A DNA stretch of 64,000 nt, taken from assembly GCA_043802525.1 (NCBI GenBank), contig JAZDKY010000062.1:8446-72445 (forward strand). Reading direction: 5' to 3'. Positions 29,446 through 38,014 of the stretch are shown piece after piece; position 1 is the stretch's first letter; every line of letters starts with the position of its first letter. Below the pieces are notes generated by a model. The model worked only from the letters and a program-made list of their open reading frames with translations. It had not been told where the DNA came from and ran no database searches. The position numbers were made by a program, and so were the translations under genes. Source of the stretch: a bacterium. GTDB lineage: Bacteria > Verrucomicrobiota > Kiritimatiellia > CAIVKH01.

Positions 29446-30915
29446 ATGTTGTCAGCCCACCATGTGAGTATTTCCGGGAAGCACGGCGTCGACTACCCGA
29501 AGGCACCCCCGTTCCATCCCCATGCGGTGTATCCGGAGTATCCTTTCAGGAACCACCGGTCCCCAGAGCCGAATCCGGCGTACGAAGGTGTGCGGGACGC
29601 CTTGAGCGGACTGGGCCTGGATCGCGAGCGCTACGGAACAGCGTCTTGGAATCCGCTGGGCTCGCTGATCCGCGAAGGAAGCACTGTGCTTATCAAGCCG
29701 AACCTGGTGTTGCACGAGCACCCGCGCGGCGGCGACATCCATGCGCTTATCACGCACGCTTCGGTGATCCGCGCGGTGCTCGACTACGTTTTCATTGCGA
29801 TGAAGGGCAGGGGCCGCATCATCATCGGGGACTCGCCCTTGCAGACCACGGACTTCGGCGGGGCGATCGCCGCGTCGGGACTCCCGGGCGTCCTGGATTT
29901 CTTCGCGCGGGACGCGAAATTTTCCCTGGAGCTGGTGGATTTCCGCCAGGTCATCGCGCGTCGGGACGAGCGTGGCCACATCGCCGAGTGGTGCGAGGCC
30001 CCGGGTGATCCTGCGGGCACGGTGACGTTCGATCTCGGGGCCGGCAGCCTCCTGCACCGGTTGAATCAGCCCGATGCCGCGTTTCGCGTTTCCAATTATC
30101 GCGCCGAGGACACGGCGCAATACCACGGTGCGCATTCGCACCGCTACGTGATAGCCCGTTCAGTCTTCGACGCGGACGTAGTTATGAGCGTTCCCAAGCT
30201 TAAGACGCACTGCAAGGTTGGTGTCACGCTGGGTCTGAAGAATTTTGTCGGGACCGTGTCGAAGAAACAATGCCTCGCACATCACCGGGCGGGCGGGCCC
30301 GAGCGGGGCGGCGACGAGTTTCCACACGACAGCCTTTTGAAACGCATCAGCGAGGATCTCGAGCGAAGGATCGACGGTAACCCGCGCGGCGCGGAGCGCG
30401 AGGCGCTCAAACTGGCGTATCGAGCGAACGAGCGCATGATCAAGACGCTGGGGCTGGACTCGATCCGCGACGGCGGCTGGTCGGGCAACGATACGGCGTG
30501 GCGAATGACCCTGGACCTTGCCCGCATCCTGGCCTACGGTCGGCGCGACGGCACGATGGCCGATTCGCCGCAGCGCACCATCCTTACGATCATCGACGGA
30601 ATCATCGGCGGGGAGGGAGAGGGCCCGCTGGAGGCGATAGCCAAGCCGGTCGGCTGCGTCATGGCGGGATTGAATCCGGCAGCGACGGATATCGCCGTCG
30701 CCACGTTTATGGGCTTCGACTACCGGAACATCCCGCTGCTGCACAGTGCGATGGAACTCGATCCGTGGCCGCTCGCGCATTTTCGGCCGACCGATATCAA
30801 GGCCTCGATGGATTCGCGCGTCCTGACCTTAGACGAACTGGCCCACGCCGCGGAACGAATGTCCTTCCGGGAACCGCTGGGCTGGCGGCACCACATGGAA
30901 CTCGGCACGCCATGA
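29446..30915 (+). CDS. DUF362 family protein
   Basis: VLIKPNLV, THASVIRAV, VPKLKTH, TLGLKNFVG, DGIIGGEGEGP. Confidence 0.85.
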   Translation: MLSAHHVSISGKHGVDYPKAPPFHPHAVYPEYPFRNHRSPEPNPAYEGVRDALSGLGLDRERYGTASWNPLGSLIREGSTVLIKPNLVLHEHPRGGDIHALITHASVIRAVLDYVFIAMKGRGRIIIGDSPLQTTDFGGAIAASGLPGVLDFFARDAKFSLELVDFRQVIARRDERGHIAEWCEAPGDPAGTVTFDLGAGSLLHRLNQPDAAFRVSNYRAEDTAQYHGAHSHRYVIARSVFDADVVMSVPKLKTHCKVGVTLGLKNFVGTVSKKQCLAHHRAGGPERGGDEFPHDSLLKRISEDLERRIDGNPRGAEREALKLAYRANERMIKTLGLDSIRDGGWSGNDTAWRMTLDLARILAYGRRDGTMADSPQRTILTIIDGIIGGEGEGPLEAIAKPVGCVMAGLNPAATDIAVATFMGFDYRNIPLLHSAMELDPWPLAHFRPTDIKASMDSRVLTLDELAHAAERMSFREPLGWRHHMELGTP

Positions 30916-31860
30916 CCGCGCTCCGAAACAAGCTCAAGGAATGCGTATTTACGGTGGCGCGCCTGGCCGGTGCGACGGCGTTCTCGCACAGCCGGTACCG
31001 CGGGTGCCTGCGCATACTTGCCTACCACGGCGTCGATGCCGTGGACGACGAGGCGGTCAATTTTTGATGGATTCCAGGTTGCGCCCGACATCTTCGAGTC
31101 ACACCTCCGCGTGCTTGCAGACCGCTTCCACGTGATGCCGCTTCGCGACGCTGTGACGGCGATTTGCGAGGGGCGACGGTTGCCCGATCATGCCGCGGCG
31201 ATCACGTTTGATGATGGATACCTCAATAATCTCGAGACTGCCGCGCCGATCCTCCGCAAGCACGGTATGACGGCGACGTTTTTCCTCACCACTGGATTCA
31301 TCGACGGCACGCACGCGCCATGGTGGTACAGACTGAGGTCGGTGATCCGTGATCCTGTGCGAATCGGCGGCTTGGAATCGGAACTGAAGAACCTGCCCGC
31401 AACCGAGCGCGAGCGCCGTGTCGCCGTCCTGACGCCGGACGGGACGTCACCCTTCGCGATGATGAACTGGGACCAGGTGAAATCGCTGACCGGCATGGGC
31501 TTCGACATCGGCGCCCACACCGTCAGCCACCCCTCTCTCGGCGTGGAGCCGGATGCGGCGGTCGAGGAGGAGATCGGCGGATCGCTGCGGCGCATTGCCG
31601 GGATGACGGGCACAACCCCCGTTGTGTTTGCCTATCCCTACGGGCGCGACGTCGATATTTCGGACGGGGCCGTTCGGTGCCTTCGCGAGCGCGGTTGCAT
31701 CGGCGCGGTCACGACGAATCACGGGATGAACCGGGCCGGGGATGATGTGTATCGACTCAGGCGTTTCAATGTCACGGGCCGGCATTCGGCCGGCGCGCTC
31801 GAAGCCATGGTGAGCGGACTAGGGTGCGCATGTCATTCCCGTGGGGGTTTGCCCGGTTGA
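30912..31860 (+). pseudogene. Polysaccharide deacetylase with a +1 frameshift at TTT-TGA (31062-31067)
   Basis: ILAYHGV in frame 0; TFDDGY, GAHTVSH and FAYPYG in the +1 frame; removing one T from the T5 run restores one ORF. Confidence 0.85.
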
Positions 31861-32135
31861 CTATCAATCGAGGAAACCACGAAATAGCCAGCGCGGCACA
31901 GCCGCAACCAGATTCGAGTCAACCACAGAACACACGGAATACGCAGAAGGGAAGAATGCGCTTGCCACAAAAAACACAAAAACGTTCCACCCCCATGCTC
32001 CCGATTCCGAAGGGTCATAGGGGTTGGGGTTATGGTGTTTTTTGTGGCCATCCCTCTTGTGTCTCTTGTGCATCTTCGTGGCCACTCAGAAGAATCTTCT
32101 CAGAAAAACACTGAGTTCACTGAAGGTTCGGAAGA
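31860..32135. repeat. Composite cassette: GACTAT(T)CAATC/AACCACGAAAT motif, GCGCGGCACAGCCGCAACCA motif, inverted GCCAC core, and an arm shared with 56755-56779
   Basis: Matches to 20065-20269, 33370-33415 and 56662-56790. Confidence 0.75.
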
Positions 32136-32202
32136 GGATTTGAACAGGAGGGAACGGAGAGAGCAGAGATGAATGGTGGAGTTTTCTCCGTTTTCTCTGT
32201 TT

Positions 32203-32466
32203 GCCCGGTTTATTCATGAACGTCGACGCGTTCATGAATAAACCGCTTTGCCGGCGGGCACGGACGTGAGTCGCGTACCGCGCCAACGCGGTCACGCGAT
32301 TGGGGACAACGTCCCCTCACGGGTGGACGCGCCCGCAGGCAAAGACGTGATGCAACGCGGTGTCGCACCGCGTTGCAAACGTGGCAGCCCCGTTTGGATG
32401 CGGCACAGCCGCATCCATCACGGCCGCGGAGCGGCGGATTGTTCGCGTTTCGCGAATAATCCGGGT
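32203..32466. mobile_element. MITE-B, full copy with internal GTGA-REP hairpins
   Basis: Ends GCCCGGTTTATTC / GAATAATCCGGGT with TT on both sides; interrupts the motif ctctgtt(g)gctcctgttg that is intact at about 32618-32636. Confidence 0.78.
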
Positions 32467-32533
32467 TTGCTCCTGTTGAAAATATCATGCATCTCTTGTT
32501 TGAAAGAGCGTCAGGGTTGACCGAGACAATCAT

Positions 32534-32595
32534 TCTTTCCGCCCGAGAAGAAATGAGAGGATTTGAACAGGAGGGAACGGAGCGAACGGAGATAA
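32534..32595. repeat. Left inverted repeat of the GxxExxY cassette
   Basis: ttccgcccgagaagaaatgagaggatttgaacaggagggaacggag is the reverse complement of about 33188-33235, with few mismatches. Confidence 0.85.
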
Positions 32596-32644
32596 ATCCG
32601 AAATTGTTCTCCGTTGTCTCTGTTGGCTCCTGTTGAAAAATATC

Positions 32645-33127
32645 ATGCATCCCTTGTTTGAAAGAGCGTCAGGGTTGACCGAGACGATCATTGGCGCTGC
32701 CATTGAAGTGCATCGCGACAAGGGACCGGGCCTCATCGAAGCCATCTACGAGTGGTGCCTGACCAAGGAACTCGAACTGCGAGGCCTGGCAGCCTGTGGC
32801 GTAAGTACGATGGCCAGCGCGGTTCAGATTGCGCCACAGATCAAGGCGCGCCGACACAGGCGATACTGCGCCGTATCGTCGAGGAGGCGCAACGCGGAGC
32901 TGCGGCGTAAGATGATGCCGCCCTTCGGGTTGGGGCGGCGCAAGCCCATCTGCGACGTTGCCGCTCCTCGACGATGCACTTGGGCATCGCCTGCGTCGCG
33001 TCGCCTCGCAACTGGGCTTGCGGCGTCCCAACGCGGGTCATCGTACTTTCGCCAGAGGCTGCTAGCCTGGGTGAGCCAGAAAATCGTGTTGATCCACCGC
33101 CTTATTCTCCCAGGAGCGAACCAATGA
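32645..33127 (+). pseudogene. GxxExxY protein (PD-(D/E)XK-type) remnant with in-frame MITE insertion and internal deletion
   Basis: IIGAAIEVHRDKGPGLIEAIYEWCLTKELELRGL, insert, AWVSQKIV, then directly the C-terminus IHRLILPGANQ; central D/ExK region absent. Confidence 0.85.
32789..33062. mobile_element. MITE-A, 274 bp, 24-bp terminal inverted repeats
   Basis: gcagcctgtggcgtaagtacgatg ... catcgtactttcgccagaggctgc (2 mismatches), flanked by TG/TA; removal restores ELRGLAWVSQ. Confidence 0.85.
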
Positions 33128-33174
33128 CCGAAGAAAGTCAACAGGAGCGGAGCAAACGGAGAAGGCTCCACGTT

Positions 33175-33237
33175 TCATCTCTGTTCTCTCCGTTCCCTCC
33201 TGTTCAAATCCTCTCATTTCTTCCCGGGCGGAAGGAT
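33175..33237. repeat. Right inverted repeat of the GxxExxY cassette
   Basis: Reverse complement of 32534-32595. Confidence 0.85.
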
Positions 33238-33369
33238 ATGGGGTGTAGGTGAAGGGCAGATTGCCACGTTTGCCGAGGCGCGTGCTTTAGTTGATGGCAG
33301 GCACCCGGAAGATCGTTCCCGCGAAACACCCGCCTTCGGTGGAGAATTGAATTGTTCCGGCTTGGCCGA

Positions 33370-33536
33370 GACTATTCAATCGAGAAAACCACTAAATACA
33401 CGAAACACACGAAAATAAGCGGGGCGATGTGACAACTTCCGGCTGGCCTTAGACAGTTACTGATGCGGTTTCGACAGGTTTCCTGCTTGCCAAGTGCCGT
33501 GTTTCTTTCGTGTATTTCGTGTTTTTCGTGGTTTTC
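33370..33536. repeat. Empty 9-mer fold-back cassette (ACACGAAAY arms) upstream of the MBOAT
   Basis: gaaaaccactaaatacacgaaacacacgaaa ... tttcgtgtatttcgtgtttttcgtggttttc. Confidence 0.85.
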
Positions 33537-33579
33537 TGCCTGAAGGGAATCCGCCTTTGGCAAGATCGGACAGGTTGCC

Positions 33580-34983
33580 ATGCTGTTTAACAGTTACGAA
33601 TTTCTTTTCCTTCTCCTGCCCCTGGCGCTGGCGGGGTACTACGCCATCCGGTCCCGGAGTGCCCGCCTCGTGCTGCTGGCGGTGCTGAGCTACGTATTCT
33701 ACGGGTGGTGGGACTATCGCTTCTGCGGCCTGATGATGCTGTCGACGGTCATCGACTACGTGTCCGGGCTCGGCATGGGCTCGGCCGTCTCGGAACGGAA
33801 ACGCAAGGCATGGATAACCGTTTCAGTCATTGCGAACCTGTCGCTGCTCGGTTTCTTCAAGTATTTCGATCTCGCGGCACGGACGATCAACGGCGTGGCC
33901 TCGGCATTCCATGGCGCGCCCGCGGAACTGCTGCCGCTCCTGCACCTGACGCTGCCCGTCGGCATATCGTTCTACACATTCCAAAGCATGAGCTATTCGA
34001 TCGACGTGTACCGTCGCGTCGTGGAGCCGCAACGCTCGTTCCTGCAGTTCGCCTTTTACGTTTCCTTCTTCCCGCAGCTCGTGGCGGGTCCCATCGTGCG
34101 GTACCGGGATATCGCGGACCAGCTTGTGTCGCGATCGCACACGTGGGAGAAGGCGTCGCGTGGAATCACGCTTTTCATCCTGGGCTTCGCGAAGAAGGTG
34201 ATTCTTGCTGACGGGGTGGCGCCGCTTGCCGATGCCGTCTTCGGGGCGGGCCACGCGGGATTGGTGGAAAGCTGGACCGGCGTCGCGGCCTACGCGATGC
34301 AAATCTACTTCGACTTCAGCGGCTACTCGGACATGGCCGTCGGGCTCGGTCTCCTGTTCGGTTTCTCGTTTCCCCAGAATTTCAACTCACCGTACAAGGC
34401 CGTTTCGATCACGGATTTCTGGCGGCGCTGGCACATGTCGCTCTCCACGTGGCTCCGTGATTACCTCTACATCTCGCTCGGGGGCAACCAGCGCGGTACG
34501 TTCCGGACGTACGTGAACCTTTTCCTGACCATGCTGCTGGGCGGTCTATGGCACGGCGCGAACTGGACATTTGTGATTTGGGGCGCGTACCACGGGCTCC
34601 TGTTGGCAGTCGAACGATCACGGCCTTCTCGGAACCTGCTATCGCGGGCTCCGGCGGCGGTGCAGCGGATATTCACGCTTGCGCTGGTCATGGCCGGCTG
34701 GGTCCTTTTCCGCTGCGCATCGGTTCCGGATGCAGTCGGTGTCTTCACGGGCCTGTTGGGCGGCTACGGCTGGATGTCGGGCATGGTGTCGAGCGGGCAG
34801 CATGACCTGTCCCTGTTGATGCTTCCTGTCTGCCTTGGCATCAGTCTTTTCCTGCCGAACACGTGGGAGATCAAATGGCCGCACGGGTGGATTCAGGCCT
34901 TGTTGCTGGCGTTGCTGTTCGTGGCGTGCGTGATGATCATGCTCGTCAACTCGAGTTCACCGTTTCTGTATTTTCAGTTTTGA
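33580..34983 (+). CDS. MBOAT O-acyltransferase (AlgI-like), copy 1
   Basis: LPVGISFYTFQ, FPQLVAGPI, YFDFSGYSDMA, FWRRWHMSLS, GLWHGA, PFLYFQF. Confidence 0.95.
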   Translation: MLFNSYEFLFLLLPLALAGYYAIRSRSARLVLLAVLSYVFYGWWDYRFCGLMMLSTVIDYVSGLGMGSAVSERKRKAWITVSVIANLSLLGFFKYFDLAARTINGVASAFHGAPAELLPLLHLTLPVGISFYTFQSMSYSIDVYRRVVEPQRSFLQFAFYVSFFPQLVAGPIVRYRDIADQLVSRSHTWEKASRGITLFILGFAKKVILADGVAPLADAVFGAGHAGLVESWTGVAAYAMQIYFDFSGYSDMAVGLGLLFGFSFPQNFNSPYKAVSITDFWRRWHMSLSTWLRDYLYISLGGNQRGTFRTYVNLFLTMLLGGLWHGANWTFVIWGAYHGLLLAVERSRPSRNLLSRAPAAVQRIFTLALVMAGWVLFRCASVPDAVGVFTGLLGGYGWMSGMVSSGQHDLSLLMLPVCLGISLFLPNTWEIKWPHGWIQALLLALLFVACVMIMLVNSSSPFLYFQF

Positions 34984-35105
34984 TGAAGACGTTGCTGGTT
35001 GATCGTTGCCCGTTGCCCGTTGTTTGTTGCTGGTTGATCGTTGTCCAGTCATCAACAACGAACAACCAACAACGAACAACCAACAACCATCACCCGACAA
35101 CATGA
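34983..35105 (+). repeat. Empty heptamer hairpin cassette 3, open as a 40-aa mini-ORF
   Basis: GTTG-rich arm, short loop, CAAC-rich arm; ATG overlaps the MBOAT TGA (TGATG) and its TGA overlaps the next ATG (ATGA). Confidence 0.85.
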
Positions 35106-36328
35106 CCATTCACGCACAACGCCGCGGCTTCCCCATCGTCGCCCTCGTGGGCCTCGTCTGGCTGGCCTGCGGTGCCGGGGACTGGTTCATGCGGTTCCAC
35201 TGGTACCGATGGCAGGCCACGCTCGTGGCAGGACCCGCGGTCGAGACCGTCGGGCCTTTTGCATCGATGCGGACCATCGAGGTCCCCGTGCGCCGGGGGG
35301 GGGATCTCTCGCACCTGCTTGGGATTCCGAAGGTCGCGGCCCTGTTTGAAGACGAGCGTCCTGCCATGATCGAGACGTCGGACGAGTTCGGCTATCGTAA
35401 CCATCCTCCGACGGCAACAAACAACTACAGCGTAGTGGTTACCGGTTCGAGTTTCATGAATTCGGGCTACCCGATGACCAACATACTGGCCTCTCGGCTC
35501 TCGCGGCAACTGGGGGTACCGGTCTATAACGCGGCGTTTCCAGGGCGCGGTCCGTTCATCGGCCTGATCCGGTTTCTCCAGGACGAACGGTTCGTACGGA
35601 ATCCACCCCGGGTCCTGGTGTGGGGTGTTGTTGAGCGCGAAATTGGCGCGCACGCATTCGGAGGTCTGCTCTACCAGATAGAGCTGCTGGTCAAGCACAC
35701 GATCGAAGCTAGGAAACAGGACTCAAGCATCCTGTGGCGGAACCTGCGCCCCGGATCGCTCAAGACCGCGCTGCCCGATTCGTCAGCCATAGCCCAATTG
35801 AGTCGGCGTATCTGGACGTTCATTCGTTACTATGTATTTGGTCGGATGAACCCTGCGGTCGCCGCCTCGGGTCCTTCGTGGAAGGGTGCTCCGTTCCTTT
35901 TCTATTCGGCCGCCGTTGAATCCTTGCGCTGGATGCCGGCGCAGCGCATCGTGCCCAGCGTTGCCGACGATATAGCGATCGTGTCCGATTACCTGCGGGC
36001 TAGGGGCATCGCGCTGGTCATGCTCCTTATTCCCGATAAAGAGCAAGTCTATCGCGAATTCCTGCCGGGCGTCATGCTCGACGAGGCAAATCCGATTCCG
36101 CCTTCGTGCCTCGACGAACTGGGCGAGCGTCTGCGGGTGAAAGATGTTCCAGTTGTCAGCCTGCTTGGCCCCTACCGCGAGGGTGCCGGGCAGGGAAGGC
36201 TTCTCTACTGGCGCGACGACACGCACTGGAACAGCGAAGCCATCGCCATGGCCGCCGAGGCCGTCAGCCATGTCGTTGAGCCGCTGCTGGCGGCGCAGCC
36301 TGCTGCGCCGGGTAGTGGGGCCTTTTGA
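35102..36328 (+). CDS. AlgJ/AlgX-like SGNH O-acetyltransferase, copy 1
   Basis: N-terminal TM, DEFGYRN, GSSF, VERE, IPDKEQVY, YWRDDTHWN. Confidence 0.88.
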   Translation: MTIHAQRRGFPIVALVGLVWLACGAGDWFMRFHWYRWQATLVAGPAVETVGPFASMRTIEVPVRRGGDLSHLLGIPKVAALFEDERPAMIETSDEFGYRNHPPTATNNYSVVVTGSSFMNSGYPMTNILASRLSRQLGVPVYNAAFPGRGPFIGLIRFLQDERFVRNPPRVLVWGVVEREIGAHAFGGLLYQIELLVKHTIEARKQDSSILWRNLRPGSLKTALPDSSAIAQLSRRIWTFIRYYVFGRMNPAVAASGPSWKGAPFLFYSAAVESLRWMPAQRIVPSVADDIAIVSDYLRARGIALVMLLIPDKEQVYREFLPGVMLDEANPIPPSCLDELGERLRVKDVPVVSLLGPYREGAGQGRLLYWRDDTHWNSEAIAMAAEAVSHVVEPLLAAQPAAPGSGAF

Positions 36329-36367
36329 GGTTTTCTTCGCAATTTGGCGGAAAGCGTGTTCGATCCG

Positions 36368-36456
36368 CCTTCGCCGCGGCTACGGCGCGGCAAGTGAATG
36401 CGCTGCCTGTCCTGAGCGACGTCGAAGGGCGGCGGCTTCGGCGAAGCCGCCCTACC
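36368..36456. repeat. Cluster of three small REP-like hairpins
   Basis: ccttcgccgcggctacggcgcggcaag; gtcctgagcgacgtcgaagg; ggcggcttcggcgaagccgccctac (GTAG-type REP on the minus strand). Confidence 0.65.
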
Positions 36457-36544
36457 TACGGGAGAAGAACTCACGAAAGACCCCACGACGCCGGGCTTTG
36501 ACACGCATCGCGGCGGATGTATGCTTCAAAGGGGAACGTTAGCG

Positions 36545-36847
36545 ATGATCGATGTGGCCAGAATAAAAGTCCGACGTGAGGCGCTGGTGGTCGCCGTGGC
36601 GGTGTTGTGCTTTACCGCCTGTTCCGAGCGAAAGATGTCCTGGTACGACGAATCGAAGGGCTACGACCAGCAGCGCCAGGAGCGGATCGATACGCTTGTC
36701 GGGCAGGGCGCGGCACTCACATCGGCGGCGCGCGAGGCGGACCTGGAATCTGCCATCCGCAACACCGAACGGGGCCCAGGCGTGCCGCCGCTGGAAGGCG
36801 CTGATCTTCAAAACGCGTTGCGCGCGAGTCAATCCGTTGAACAATAA
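36545..36847 (+). CDS. Small putative lipoprotein
   Basis: Basic N-terminus, hydrophobic stretch, FTAC lipobox-like site. Confidence 0.6.
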   Translation: MIDVARIKVRREALVVAVAVLCFTACSERKMSWYDESKGYDQQRQERIDTLVGQGAALTSAAREADLESAIRNTERGPGVPPLEGADLQNALRASQSVEQ

Positions 36848-36883
36848 CGCCGTATCCGCAGACTGTGCACCCCGTTCTTTCCC

Positions 36884-38014
36884 ATGACCGATTCTCCCAG
36901 GGTGTTGTCGATTGTCTGGAACCTCATCCGCGGTGGCACGGAAGGACAGTGTGCCCGCCTCGCCCTCGCGATGGCCGCGCGCGGCGCCACGCACCGTGTG
37001 GCGGTTTTCCGGCGCGAGGGCTTTTTCCTGCCGGAGGTGGAGCGCCTCTGCGGGCCGGTGCATCAGATCGATATCACGCGCATGGTGTCATCCAACACGC
37101 TGCGCGCAGTGCGAAACCTGGCCGGGCTCATCCGGCGGGAGAAGCTGGAGCTGGTTCATGCATGGGACTGCGACGCGGCGATTTTCGGCTCCATCGCGGC
37201 GCGACTCGCCGGCGTGCCCTGTATCACCAGCCACCGCGACCTGGGCGAAATTTATCCGGCGCACAAACTCTGGCTCATGCGGCGCGCGGACGCGGGCGCT
37301 GCGGCCGTGGTGGTCAATGCGCGGGCGATCGCGGAAAGCTGGGCGGGGCGCGAGATTGCGTGCCGCGACATCGTTTGCATCCCGAATATTCTCGATCTCG
37401 ATGAATTCGACGCGCTGCGCACCCAGGCATGTCCGGTGGATCCGATGCTCCCGCCGGGCCGCCGCATCGGTATGGTGACGCGGCTCGATCCGGAAAAGGA
37501 CGGCGAGACGATAATCCGCGCGGCAGCCATCGTGTGCGCGAAATTCAATGACGTATCCTTCATCATCGTCGGCGACGGGCCCGAACGCGCGAAGCTGGCA
37601 GCCTTTACGGCGGAGTCCGGCTTGAGTGCCCGCGTTGTGTTTACGGGTGATGTCACATATGTGCCCGCGCTTCTTCAACGGTTCACCATAGGCGCGCTTG
37701 TGCCGCGGTCGAACGAGGGCGCATCGAACACGATTCTCGAATACATGGCCGCCGGCCTGCCGGTCGTGGCGACGGATTGTGGGGGGAACCGGGAGTTGGT
37801 GCTGGACGGAACCACCGGCCTCGTCATACGCCCGCGCGAGCCGTCGGCGGTCGCGGAGGCGATCGTCCGCCTGCTCGCCGACTCTGTCACGGCACAGGCG
37901 ATGGGGCAGCGCGGGCGGGAAAAAGTCGGCCGCGAGCACGATCCAAAACAGGTGGCTGAAGCCTTCCTTAGTCTCTATCGTCGCGTCGCCGCCGGCGGAA
38001 CCAGGAATGCCTGA
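36884..38014 (+). CDS. GT4 glycosyltransferase
   Basis: GGTEGQ, RLDPEKD, EGASNTILEYMAAGLPVVATDCGG. Confidence 0.93.
   Translation: MTDSPRVLSIVWNLIRGGTEGQCARLALAMAARGATHRVAVFRREGFFLPEVERLCGPVHQIDITRMVSSNTLRAVRNLAGLIRREKLELVHAWDCDAAIFGSIAARLAGVPCITSHRDLGEIYPAHKLWLMRRADAGAAAVVVNARAIAESWAGREIACRDIVCIPNILDLDEFDALRTQACPVDPMLPPGRRIGMVTRLDPEKDGETIIRAAAIVCAKFNDVSFIIVGDGPERAKLAAFTAESGLSARVVFTGDVTYVPALLQRFTIGALVPRSNEGASNTILEYMAAGLPVVATDCGGNRELVLDGTTGLVIRPREPSAVAEAIVRLLADSVTAQAMGQRGREKVGREHDPKQVAEAFLSLYRRVAAGGTRNA

Noticed and set aside
31065-31067. Selenocysteine or stop readthrough
   Set aside because: The coding sequence continues in a different frame, so readthrough would not restore the protein.
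35006-35101. N-terminal extensions of the SGNH proteins in the ORF track (also 39440-39514)
   Set aside because: They derive from heptamer arms with TTG starts; ATG at 35102 and 39515 precede the shared membrane anchor.
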